DNA of 64,000 nt from Isurus oxyrinchus. Lineage: Eukaryota. The notes under the pieces were generated by a model. It saw only the letters and a program-made list of their open reading frames with translations, did not search any database and was not told the origin of the DNA. Below, one piece after another: positions 38,283 through 50,284 of this stretch (position 1 is its first letter; the number at the start of each line of letters is the position of its first letter). Location: contig JANJGN010000021.1 in NCBI GenBank assembly GCA_026770705.1, forward strand, positions 98,394,001 to 98,458,000. The letters run 5' to 3'. A program made the position numbers and the translations under genes.

Positions 38283-40743
38283 ATGCCGTGATTAATCCCG
38301 TATGAACTGACCTGGGGGTGCTGCAATAGGTGCGTGAAGATTCGGTAAAGATTCTGTTATTCTGAGGAATGGGAAGTTCCGCGCAAGAGGACCTTGTTAC
38401 TGACGAAGAAGAACGCGTGAAAACTCTAACACATACTGCCTGTTTTCAACATGCGTTCAATGTTAACGGTCAAGAGGTGATCACGAAATGGAAATGTCAT
38501 TAAAAACCGGAATAGCTGTGCCAAAAAACACAAGTCGGTGCTTTAATGCTTAGAAAGATGAAGACCAGTGCAGGATTATGCTCTGCATTATTCTGTGATG
38601 TGGCCGTTTTGCGGACGGGAAATAGCAACCGCGATGCCCAACTCCCAGAAGGATCGCGGCAGTTAATTTAGATATTTCCAAAAAAATCTTTCAAAATAGC
38701 AACGCGACATTACGGCTGTTTTCACTGTGAGGTTTGCATCATCAGTGGGATTATATGTATTCCCTAACCACTACTATACCAAGAACAGGTGGGTAATATG
38801 CTAATTCTAGTAGGCTGTAATTAATGTCAATGACTATGTAACTTAATTATCTCACGAAATTTTTCTTAGATATATAGGAGGGCTCGATCTGAACACAGCT
38901 CGGCTGTGTGTTGTCACCTCCAATCAGCTTCGTCTCTGTTCAGGGGGAAATGGGCCGTTCGATGCTTGTGAAGATAGAAGAAATTTACTATCCTTTCCTT
39001 GCACTGCTTGGTGTTCCTGATAAATTAGTATTCTCAGTAATTATTTATTTTTGCCAGTGTTTTGCTGTACTAGTGTTCTGTGCCTATGTAATAATGGCAT
39101 CATATCAATCTGTCTATGTTTTAAATTTAATGGAATCTGATATGTGCAAAACGTTATCAATTCCTGCATCTTAATAAATTACATTTGTACAGAGTACAGT
39201 TACTCCGAACTTTCAAAGTTATCATTCTGACTGAATTTAGTCCCTTGCCATTTTGTACAGGATGATGTTCTTACTGTTAAGTTGGAGACGAGGGGATCAA
39301 GACTTCTGCAACTTCTTCAGTAAATTTGGCTGCAGCATTGCAAGTGTCGAAAAATCATTAAAGTAGTGAGGCAGGTTACCACCAATTACTAAAGGCTTTT
39401 GTAGTAATTGCAAGGTACTCTGTTTAACGGAACACAAATCGGATGCATAGAGCTGTCAAGCTGTGGTGCGTGTTAACACTTGCAGTATGTGTCGGTGCCC
39501 TATAATTGAGTGTAAAATAGTTTAACATTATATTAGGCCAGTACATCTTGTTGGACATTTATTGGCGTCAAGCACCAGAACGGCAAACCTCCTCGCTGTT
39601 TAACTGCATTGGCTTAAAGGAGAGCATTGCATTTTACGTTGTGATTAATGTTGTTACGCAATTATATGTTAAAGTAAAAACATGAAGAGTTTTTTTTACG
39701 AATTAACGAAGAAATCTGAAAAAGAACTGCGGTGCATGTTGCATATTTTGGATTTTAAGGAAGTGTTTGACCACGTGCCACATAAAAGGCTGGTTTACAC
39801 AATTTGGGCCCATGGAAATAGAAGGGTGAGTATCCAATTGGATTAAAAAAAGAGAATTGGCTTAAGGATAGAACACAGTGGGACGTGGTAGCTGATTGTT
39901 TTTCGGACTTGAGGATGGTAGACAATAAAGTGGCAGGCATTTAAGGGAATCTCTCAGAATACATGGAGTAGGTACATCCCAATGAGAAAGAAAAATTCCA
40001 AGGGGCCAACCCACCATCCGTGGTTAATTTTTTAAAAGTTAAAAAATAGTATCAAATTTAAGAAAAAAATATATAATTCCTCAAAGATCGGTGGCAAGTC
40101 AGAAGATTTACAGGATATAAAAAACAGCAAAGAGCGACTAAAAGATTCATCTGGAGGGAAAGTTATTGGACAAAAGAAAGCTAGCTATAAATATAAAGCC
40201 AGATTGTAAGAGTTTCTATAGATATTTTGAAAAGGGAAGAACTAATAAAGTGAGCGCTGGTCCTATAGCAAGTGAGTCTGGGGAATTAATAATGGAAAAT
40301 AACGATAATAATCCCAGGAATAGCTGTAAATCAGGAAATGGAAAGGAAGGAGGAACTCAAGAATATTACAATTACGAGGGAAGTGGTACTGAACAATTTG
40401 TTGGACCTACAGGGTGACAAGTCCCCGGGTCATGATGGACTCCCCATAGGGTCTTAAAAGAACAGGCTAGTGAGATAGTTGATGCGTTGGTTTTAATTTT
40501 TCCAAAGTTCCAGAGATTCGGGGAAGTCTCCACTAATTGGATAATAGCCAATATAACTCCTTTCTCCAAAAAGGGAGGGAGACAAATAGCAGGAAACTAC
40601 AGGCCAGTTGGCTTAACATCTGCCATAGGGAAAATGTTAGAGACAATAATTAATGGCGTTTATAGCAGGGCACTTAGAAAAACTCAAGGCAATCAGGCAT
40701 GGTTAATATGATTTTTGGTGAGGGAAATCATGTTTAACCAATT

Positions 40744-43480
40744 CAAAAACGGAAATACCTGGAAAAACTCAGCAGGTCTGGCAGCATCGGCGGAGAAGAG
40801 CAACGTTGACGTTTTGAGTGCTCATGACGCTTCAACAGAACTAAGCAGAAATAGGAAAGGGGTGAAATATAAGCTGGTTTAACGGGGTGGGGGGAGAAGG
40901 GGATGGAGGGTTGTTTGGACAAACAAACAGTGATAGGAGGAGATAACCAAAGGATGTCACAGATAAAAGAACAAATAGGTATTGAAAGTGGTGATATTAT
41001 CTAAAAGAATGTGCTAATTAAGAATGGAGAGCAGGACAAACAAGGTAGCTCTATTGGGTTGGGGTGAAATAAACGATGTGTGGAAAACATTTAAAAATAA
41101 TGGAAATAGGTGGGAAGAGAAAAATCTATATAAATCATTGGAAAAAAACAAAAGGGGGGGAAGAAACGGAAAGGGGGTGGGGATGGAGGAGGACAGTTCA
41201 AAATCTAAAGTTGTTGAACTCAGTATTCAGTCTGGAAGGCTGTAAAGTGCCCAGTCAGAAGATGAGGTGCTGTTCCTGCAGTTTGCATTGAGCTTCACTG
41301 GAACAATGCAGCAAGCCAAGGACAGACACGTAGGCAAGAGAGCAAGGTGGAGTGTTAAAATGGGAAGCGAAAGGGAGGTCTGGGTAATGCTTGTGGACAG
41401 ACCAATGGTGTTCTGCAAAGCAGTCACCCAGTCTGCGTTTGGTCTCTCCAATGTACAGGAAACCGCATTGGGAGCAACGAATGCAGTAGACTAAGTTGGG
41501 GGAAATTCAAGTGAAATGCTGCTTCACTTGAAAGGAGTGGTTGGGCCCCTTGGACGGTGAGGAGAGAGGATGTGAAAGGGCAGGTGTTGCATATTTTTGC
41601 GTTTGCATAGGGAGGTGCCGTAGGTGGGGGTTGAGGAGTAGGGGGTGATGGAGGAATGGACCAGGGTGTTACAGAGGGAACAATCCCTACAGAATGCCCA
41701 CCCGGGGGGGGGGGGGGGGCGGTGAAGAGAAGATGGGTTTGGTGGTGGCATCATGCTGGAGTTGGCGGAAATGGCGGAGGATGATCCTTTGAATGCGGAG
41801 GCTGGTGGGGTGATAATGAGAGGACAAGGGGGCCCTATCATGTTTCTGGGAGGGAGGAGAATGCGTGAGGGCAGATGCGCGGGAGATGGGCCGGATACAG
41901 TTGAGGGCCCTGTCAATGACCATGAGTGGAAAACCTCAATTAAGGAAGAAGGAGGATATGTTAGAGGAACTGTTTTTGAAGGTAGCATCATCAGAACAGA
42001 TACAATGGAGGCAAAGGAACTGAGAGAATGGGATGGAGTCCTTAAAGGAAACGGGGTGTGAGGAGCTGTAGTTGAGGAATCTGTGGGAGTCGGTAGGTTT
42101 GTAATGGATATTAGTGGACAGTCTATCACCAGAAATTGAGACAGTGAGGTCAAGGAAGGGAAGGGAAGTGTCAGAGATGGACAATGTGAAAATGATGGCG
42201 GGGTGGAGATTGGAAGCAAAATTAATAAATTTTTCCAGGTCCCGATGAGAGCATCAAGCAGCACCAAAGTAATCATCGATGTACCGGAGAAAGAGTTGTG
42301 GAAGGGAGCCAGAGTAGGACTGGAACAAGCAATGTTCCACATACCCCATAAAGAGACAGGCCTAGCTGGGGCCCATGCAGGTACCCATAGCCATATCTTT
42401 TATTTGGAGGAAGTGAGAGGAGTTAAAGGAGAAATTGTTCAGTGCGAGAACAAGTTCAGCCAGGCAGAGGAGAGTAGTGGTGAATGGGGATTGTTCACGC
42501 CTCTGTTCAAGGAAGTAGTTGAGAACCCTCAGACCATCCTGGGGGCGAGGGGGGGGGCGGGGTTTGGTGGTGGGATGGAGGTGTAGAGGGATTGGACATC
42601 CATGGTGAAGAGGAAGCAGTTGAGGCCAGGGAACTGGAAATTGTTGATATGACGTAAGGTGTCAGAGGAATCATGGATGTCGGTGGGAAGGAAATGGACA
42701 AGGGGAGAGAGAAGGGAGTCAAGATAGTGAGAAATGAGTTCCATGGGGCAGGAACAGGCTGACATGATCAGTCTGCCGGGACAGTCCTGTTTGTCGATTT
42801 TGGGTAGAAGGTAGATGTGGGCCATGCGAGGTTGGGCATCTATCAGGTTGGAAGCTGTGGAAGGAAGATCTCCAGAGGAGATGAGGTCAGTGACAGTCCT
42901 GGAAACAATAGCTTGATGTTCAGTGGTGGGGTCATGGTCCAGGGAGAGGTAGGAGGAAGTGTCTGCGAGTTGAAGCTCAGCCTCTGTGAGATAGAGGTCA
43001 GTGCGCCAGACAACAACAGCACCACCCTTGTCAGCGGATTTGATGACAAAGTTAGGGTTGGACCTGCGAGAACAGAGTGCTGTAAGTTCAGAAAGAGACA
43101 GGTTAAAATGGGTGAGAGCAGCAGAGAAATTGAGACACCTAATGTCACGCTGACAGTTCTCAATGAAAAGATCAAAAGAAGGTTAGAATCCAGAGGGAAT
43201 GGTCCAGGTGGAGGGAGAATATTGGATGTGGGTAAAAAGTAGCCATTGAATGGGGAGAGGACTCCTGCCCAAAGAAGTGAGCATGGAGATGAAGGCAGCA
43301 GAAGAAAAGTTCACCATCATGCTGAGCCCAAAATTCATTGAGATGATGGCGTAAGGCTATGAAACTAAGTTCTTTGCTGAGCACTGAATGTTCAGCATCA
43401 GAGAGGGGAAGGTCAGGGGGTATAGTGAGTACACATCCAGGGCTGGGATTGGAAGATGGGGTGGGGATGGAGGGACAGGC
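40744..43480 (-). mobile_element. Penelope-like element (RT + GIY-YIG), left arm
   Basis: YLLPKIDK..PGRLIMSACSCP, FTMDVQSLYTSIP, FLDLTVSISGDRLSTNIHYKPTDSH and IPFSQFLCLHCICS motifs; frameshifted. Confidence 0.88.
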
Positions 43481-43489
43481 AGGAGTGGA

Positions 43490-45221
43490 GGGTCCTCTCA
43501 CTTTCTCCAAATAAAAGGTGTGGTTATGGGTACCCACATGGGCCCAGCTATGCCTGTCTCTTTATTGGGTATGTGGAACATTCCTTGTTCCAGTCCTACT
43601 CGGCCCCCTACAACAACTCTTTCTCTGGTGCATCAATGATTACTTTGATGCTGCTTCATGCTCTCGTCGGGACCTGGAAAAATATATTAATTTTGTTTTC
43701 AATCTCCACCCCTCCATCATTTTCACATGGTCCATCTCTGACACTTCCCTTCTCTTCCTTGACTTCTGGGTCTCAATTTCTGGTGATAGACTGTCCACCA
43801 ATATCCATTACAAGCCTACCGACTCCCACAGCTACCTTGACTACAGCTCTTCAACCCCCGCTTCCTGTAAGGACTCCATCCCATCCTTTTATTTGGAGGA
43901 AGTGAGATAAGTTAAAGGAAAAACTGTTCAGTGAGAGAACAATTTTTTCCCCCACAGTGGTTTACAGGGCCTTCAACAGTGTCCTGACCCATCTCCTGCA
44001 CCTCTACCCTCACCCCTTCCCCTCCCTGCCAGAACCACGATAGGGTCCAACTTGTATTCACTTTTCACCCCACCAGCCTCCACATTCAAAGGATCATCCT
44101 CCCCCATTTCCACCCATTCTAGCATGATGCTACCACCAAACACATCTTTCCCGCAAACCCCTGTCAGCGTTGTGTAGGGACTGTTCCCTCTGTGACACCT
44201 TGGCCCACTCCTCCATCACCCCCAACTCCTCATCCCCCCTCTCATGGCACCTTCCCATGCAAACACAGAAGGATGCAACATCCTGTCCGCCCTTTCACAT
44301 CCTCCCTCCTCACCGTCCTAGGGCCCCAAACAATCCTTTCAGTGAAGCAGCGATTCACTTGCATTCCTCCTCAACTTAGGTCTACTGCATTCATGCTCCG
44401 CAATGCCATTCCTCTATACAGGGAGAGACCTAAACGCAGAGCTGGGTGACGCACTTGCAGAACACCATTGGTCTGTCTCGCACAGCATTACCCTGAGCCT
44501 TCCTTGTCACTTGCCACTTAAACATTCCATCCCTGCTCTCTTGCCTACATGTCCTTCCTTGGGTTGCTGCATTGTCTCCAGTGAAGCCCAACACAAACTG
44601 GAGGAACAGCACCTCATCTTCCAACTAGGCACTTTACAGCCTTCCAGACTGAATATTGAGTTCAACAGCTTTAGATTTTGAACTCCCTCCTCCATCCCCA
44701 CCCCCTTTTTCATTTCTTCACCCCCTTTTGTTTTTTTCCAATGATTATATAGATTTTTCTTTTCCCACCTATTTCCATTATTTTTAAATGTATTCCACCC
44801 ATCGTTTATTTCACCCCACCCTCACTAGAGCTACCTTGCTTGCCCTGCTCTCCATTCTTAATTAGCACATTCTTTTAGATAATATCACCACCTTCAACAC
44901 CTCTTTGTTCTTTTATCTGTGACATATTTTGTTTATCTCCTCCTATCACTGCTTACTTATCCCAACAACACCGCCCCCCCCCCCGCCTCCCCACCCACTT
45001 CTTCCACCCCCACCACCACTCACCCCCCCCCCCCCACCTTAAACCAGCTTATTTTTCACCCCTTTTCCATTTCTGCTTAGTTCTGTTGAAGGGTCATGAG
45101 GACTTGAAACATCAACTTTGTTCTTCTCCACCAATGCTGCCAGACCTGCTGAGTTTTTCCAGGTATTTCTGGGGAGTTTTTTTGGATTTCCAGCATCTGC
45201 ACTTTTTTTGTTTTTATCTCT
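43490..45221 (+). mobile_element. Penelope-like element, right arm (inverted copy)
   Basis: FLQIKGVVMGTHMGP, STNIHYKPTDSHSYLDY, LYTG..LGDALAEH..EEQHLIFQLGTLQPSRLNIEF; 3' UTR is the reverse complement of 40745-41230. Confidence 0.88.
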
Positions 45222-46499
45222 ATGTTTGACCAATTTATTGAAGTTCTTTTAAGGAATATCATGTGCAGTGAATAAAGGGGCACCAGTGGATGTACTGTAT
45301 TTAGACTTTCAGAAGGCTTTTGATAAAGTACCACATCAAAGATTATTGTGGAAAGTAAAAGCTCATGGTGCAGTGGGGTAACATATTAGCATGGATAGGA
45401 GATTGGCTAGCCAACAGGAAACAAAGTGTCAGTATAAATGGGTCATTGTCTGGTTGGCAAGATGTAAGGAGTGTTCTGCCACAGGGATCAGCGCTGGGGC
45501 CTCAACTTTTTACAATTTATATAACTGACTTAGATGAAGGGGCCGAAGGTATGGTTGCTAAATGTGTTAATAACACAACGATGGGTAGGAAAGTAAGCTG
45601 TGAAGAGGAAATAAGGAGGCTACTAAGTGATATAAATAAGTTAAGTGAGTGGGCAAAGCTCTGGCAAATTGAATGTAATGTGGGGAAAATGTGAAATTGT
45701 CCATTCTGGCAAGAATAAAAAAGAGGGGCATTATATAAATGGTGAGAGATTGCAGAGCTCTGAGATGCAGAGGGATCTGGATGTCCTAGAGCATGAATCA
45801 CATAAGGTTAGCATGCAGGTGCAGTAAGTAATTAGGAAAGCTAACAGAATGTCATTATTTGTTGCGAGGGGAATTAAATACAAAAGTGGGGAGGTTATGC
45901 TTCAATTACACATGGCATTGGTGAGACCATATCTGGATTATTGTGTACAGTATTGTTCTCCTTCTTGAAGTAAGGGTGTAAATGCATTGGAAGCAATTCA
46001 GAGAAGGCTTACTGGACTTGCAATGGGTGAGTTCCATCATGAGGAAATGTTGGACAGTGTAGGCTTGTATCCGCTGGAGTTTAGAAGAGTAAGAGGTGAC
46101 TTGATTGCGCCATCCAAGATACTGAGTGGTGTTGACTGGGTGGATGTGGGGAGGATGTTTCCCCTTGTGCAAGAATCTAGAACTGGGGGTCACTTTATAA
46201 AAATAAGGGGTGGCTAATTTAAGACAGAGATGAGGAGACCTTTTTCTCTCAAAGGTTAATGAATCTTTAGAACTCTCTTCCAGAAAAGGTGGTAGATGCA
46301 GAGCCTCTGAATATTTCTAAGGCAGAGGTACATAGATTCTTGATAAGCAAGGCAGTGAAAGGTTATCGGGGCTAGGCGGGAATGTGGGGTTGAGGTTACA
46401 ATCAGATCAGCCACGATCCTATTGAATGGTGGAGATAGCTTGAGGGGCCGAGAGGCCTACTCCTGCCCCTAATTTGTATTTTTCTGTGCTTACATCTTT

Positions 46500-47130
46500 G
46501 TGAGAGGCATTGAATAGAAAAGGAGGGGAGTTAAGTTGACCATGGGAATTAAGTTTATAAAACAACATGGGTACTGCATCCAGTTCTAGTCACAACACTT
46601 ATGGAAAGATGTTGAAACCCTTGAGAGGGTGGAGACGAAATTTACCAGAATGGTTCACGGGGTGGCAAGGAGGGAAGGGGGAGTGTTAGTTACAAGGTTA
46701 GGCTGAACAGGCTGGGGTTGTTCTCGTTGGAGTAAAGGGGATTGAAGGGAGATGTGATGGAGCTGTACAAGATTAAGACAGAGTTAGATAAGGTAGGCCA
46801 GAAAAAGACTGTTCCCATTCACTGCTGGTATAAAGACAATGGGACAGGGCTTTACAGTTCTGAGTAGGAGATGCAGGGTGGATGTCAGGAAGAACTTATT
46901 TGGTGTGTAACGAGTGGCAATGACCTGGAACTCGCTGCCCATAAGAGTGGTGGAAGTGGAAACAATCAATGATTCCAAAAGTAAATTGGCTGGACAATTG
47001 AAGGGAATAATCTTGCAGGTTTAGGAGGATTGAGCAACAGCAGGACTGACTGGATTGCTCTGCAGGGTACCAACATGGACTTCGTGGTCTGAATGACCTT
47101 CTTCAGTGCTAAAAATAACTCCCTGACTCT
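46500..47130 (+). mobile_element. Older CR1 3' end
   Basis: TTGAGAGGGTGGAGACGAAATTTACCAGAATG..TGGAACTCGCTGCC..tail. Confidence 0.7.
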
Positions 47131-49408
47131 GAGAATGTGTAGGTTTATTGTGATAACGTGTAAACAAAGTGCTAATTATGTAAGGATGCTGCAATAAAAT
47201 CTGCGCACTCTGATTTGTGTCTAAAGTTGGCTAAACAACTAAATGGTAGATAAAGTACCTAAACTTCAATTAATTTTATTTGATGAGACTCAGACAATAA
47301 ATGCTGCTCCATGAATTGCTAAATGCTCACGTGTCCTCAGAATTTGCCTATTTGCCTGGACAGAGAGTGAATGAATTGAGTGAAGAAAAAAATCCACCCT
47401 AATTATTGCAGAGTTTATTTTGTGCAAATTATTTTTTAAGCCTGTGTTTCTCATTTCTTTCACTACTCCCTCACTTGCAGCAGCCAATGTGGTGACCATT
47501 GTGATCCTCTCCCGCGGAAACTGTGGCGTCTCCAAATGCATCACTATCTACCTGATGTCCATGGCAGCGGCGCATCTACTGGTCCTGATAGTTGATGTGA
47601 TTCTTTATGAAATGAATGAAATTTATTTCCCAAATTCCTTCCTGGACTACATTCCTGTCTGCAGTCTGAATTTCTTTTTAATTTTTGCTTCAATTGAATG
47701 TTCCGTCTGGTTCACTGTAGCATTCAACATTGATCGATTTGTTGTCATTTGTTGCCAAAAAATACAAACACAATATTGCACTGAAAAAACTGCAGCAGTG
47801 GTTGTAGCGACAATATAGGGACTGGGCATCCTGGAAAACATCCCAATTTACATTTAAACCTCGAATAACAATTGACAACATATCACGGTTCTGCAATGTA
47901 AAATTAAGCCTCTACATTGTACCTAAATGGGTTACATTCTTATGGGTTGACATAGCTTTCATGCTTTTGCCCCCTTTCTCTTGATCCTGACATTGAATGG
48001 CCTGACCATCAGGCACATTTTACTATCAAGCAGGATTAGAAGAGGTCTCCGAAATAGTGGCTGAGACCAAGAAATAGAAAATCGAAGAAAATCTATCGTT
48101 TTACTGCTGGCCATATCTGGGAGCTTAATACTGTTATGGCTGGTAACTTTTGTTCATTATATATGTGTACAGGTTATGGATATTCAATACCTGCACACAG
48201 ATTACAACAATCCTTTCACTATTATGGAACAAACTGGATATATGCTGCAGCATTTGAGTTCCTGCACAAATACCATTATTTTTGCAATATCCCAGAGTAA
48301 ATTCAGAGACGAGTTGAAGAATTTGTTTAAATATCCAATGACTCTAATTACCAAGTTAGTGAAATCATGTAAAGCCCTGAGTGTAATAATGACTGACCAC
48401 AAAACTTGAGACTCCTTTCCATTTTTACTGTGCAAAATAGACAAGACTACACCAGACATGTTACACGCTCCACACAATTCTCTATTCCATGAAGGTCAGG
48501 CGTAATAAGCGGCCGGTCTGCTATCCCTGCTCAGGTGGACCATCCCTCTCTGGAAGAGGCGAAGTCAGTGGACCGTATGTTTGCAGTTATGTCCCACTTC
48601 GATGTTTAACCTGCTCTCGAAAATATTCCCCACATCCATTTGTAGCTTGCAGTTACTTTAACTTTCCACTCGACATTCTGGAGATGTAGTTCACTTGCCG
48701 CTGGTGCCTCAAACACGCTTTGCAGATTAGTCAGAGGTTATGGAAAGCGTCTCATTCTAATTCCCACTGCAGTTAAAGGGTTAACAGCAGAGGGGTTACA
48801 TTGGCGTCGCTCCCCTTCACTTAGGGAGAGAGAGAAGCAGACTCGGGATTGCGGATTCGGCTAGTGAACCGGAGTATGTGAAAAGGATCATGCTCGACTG
48901 GGCGTCCAGTGATTGAATATTTCCGTGTCCACTGCTTCAAAGCACAAGTGGAGACTTTTACCTGAGGCCAATGTTCAAGCTTCTGCTAATTAAGAACGTA
49001 TAGATGTTCACAAAAGATATTTTAATTGCCAGAAATGCATTTATTCCGCACTATCGTTATATATGTAGCGGTAGCTTATAGGTCAGACTTGGCAATGTTA
49101 AGCAAAGGAATAATCGTTTAATAAATTGAAGCAGAAAACATGTGTAAAATATTTATGCAATTACATTAGATTTCGTCGCAGAGCAATTGATTCACAGACT
49201 ACTTTCAGTGTGTTCTTGGTTCCTATTCAAGTCTGGCGTTTGACCCTCGCAGGTACTGGTTAAACAATGTTGTAATCTAGGGAGCGAAAAATAAGTGTTA
49301 GATAATCCAGAGTTGAAGTGCAGAGCAGTGTAGTGAATGAAGTCACTTTGCCTAAATCAGCAGCCCGCCCACCATTCTTAAAAAAAAATAATTAACAGGC
49401 AATTGAGC

Positions 49409-49528
49409 TTGTTAACAAACCGAAGCGAACACAAAGGTCATTCGGACTCGAAACGTTGACTGTTCTCCTCTCCGTAGATGCTGCCAGACCTGCTGGGTTT
49501 TTCCAGGTATTTTTGTTTTTGTTAACAA
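49409..49528 (+). mobile_element. Penelope-type 3' end fragment with TTGTTAACAA direct repeats
   Basis: GGTCATTCGGACTCGAAACGTTGAC..GATGCTGCCAGACCTGCTG flanked by TTGTTAACAA on both sides. Confidence 0.7.
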
Positions 49529-49579
49529 GCCAATTGACCGAAGAATAAGCTGCCCGCAGCATGATAATGGTTGGCCTTG

Positions 49580-49755
49580 GCCTAATTAGCCAAGTGGTTA
49601 TGGTACTGGGTTTGTAACCCCAAGATCGAGAGTTCAAATCTCACAATGGCAAACTATGAAACAATGTAACTTCATCTGAAACAGATGGAAATGTGTTTGT
49701 ACTCGAAAGAAATCAAGAGTTCAAATCTCACAGTAGCAAACTATGAAACAATGAT
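49580..49755 (+). mobile_element. tRNA-derived SINE head with duplicated B-box segment
   Basis: A box TAGCCAAGTGG, anticodon-like TTTGTAA loop, B box GAGTTCAAATC; GAGTTCAAATCTCACA..GCAAACTATGAAACAATG repeated at 49717-49753; no acceptor stem. Confidence 0.6.
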
Positions 49756-50284
49756 ATGGTTGGCTGGATAGACAACTGAAATTCAGAAGGCCTTTTTTTA
49801 AATAACAATTGAAATACTGGAAGGAAAGGAAAGCACATCATTCAGGGCACCACTCCACCTGATCCCTTCGCTGCCTTCCTCAGATCCCCGATCGCTACCC
49901 GCCCTGGAAACCAGGGATATACCTCAATCTGGCTCCACCTTGGATCCATTATTCTTCTTCCAGAGACCTACTTGCAGTCCCAGCAGCGCCCACTAATGAG
50001 CTCTAGCGCTGCTGCAACTGCTAGAGCTGCCAGCCAATCAGAATGGGTAGGAGTCCCTCTGCTCGTTCACTTCGGTCGGTTTGAGACCGGCTTTTGCAAC
50101 GCGGGGTAGGGGTGCGTGCATTAGCCCCTCCAAACCAACTCCCCCAGTAAAATTCAGCCCATCGAAGCTATCTCAGGGGGCAGATTCTGCAGCAGTGCTG
50201 ATTGACGTGAGCACAGGTATGAGACAGGTCTGCGCTAGCATAGCTCAGGTGATTTCCACCCCTCCGCTCTGAGCCATGGAATAA

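Larger units (their letters stand above)
39755..46480 (+). mobile_element. CR1 LINE ORF2 and 3' UTR, split by the Penelope insertion
   Basis: NYRPVGLTSAIGK (~40595) and GKSCLTN interrupted at 40743, resuming at 45222; PQGSALGPQLFTIYITDL, RRVRGDLI and the 3' tail follow. Confidence 0.88.
38950..48409 (+). pseudogene. GPR139/GPR142-like GPCR pseudogene, copy 3 (exon 1 38950-39019, exon 2 47484-48409)
   Basis: Exon 1 MGRSMLVKIEEIYYPFLALLGVP is 70 nt like copy 1, but the donor reads ATAAAT. Exon 2 has ANVVTIVILSRGNCGVSKCI, SVWFTVAFNIDRFVVICCQK, RRKSIVLLLAISGS and LSSCTNTIIFAISQSKFR, with TAG at 47816-47818 and further stops and frameshifts. Confidence 0.9.

Noticed and set aside
37330-38326. Pro/His/Thr-rich 261-aa mucin- or extensin-like ORF
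   Set aside because: Translation of a C-rich minisatellite; no signal peptide or splice context.
48960-48990. Possible small MHC cytoplasmic exon on the - strand (AG..CTCAG|GTAAAA)
   Set aside because: Weak acceptor and an immediate in-frame stop; not supportable without cDNA.
49580-49655. tRNA-Thr(TGT) gene
   Set aside because: A and B boxes are present, but there is no pairing acceptor stem and the downstream segment is duplicated; better explained as a SINE head.
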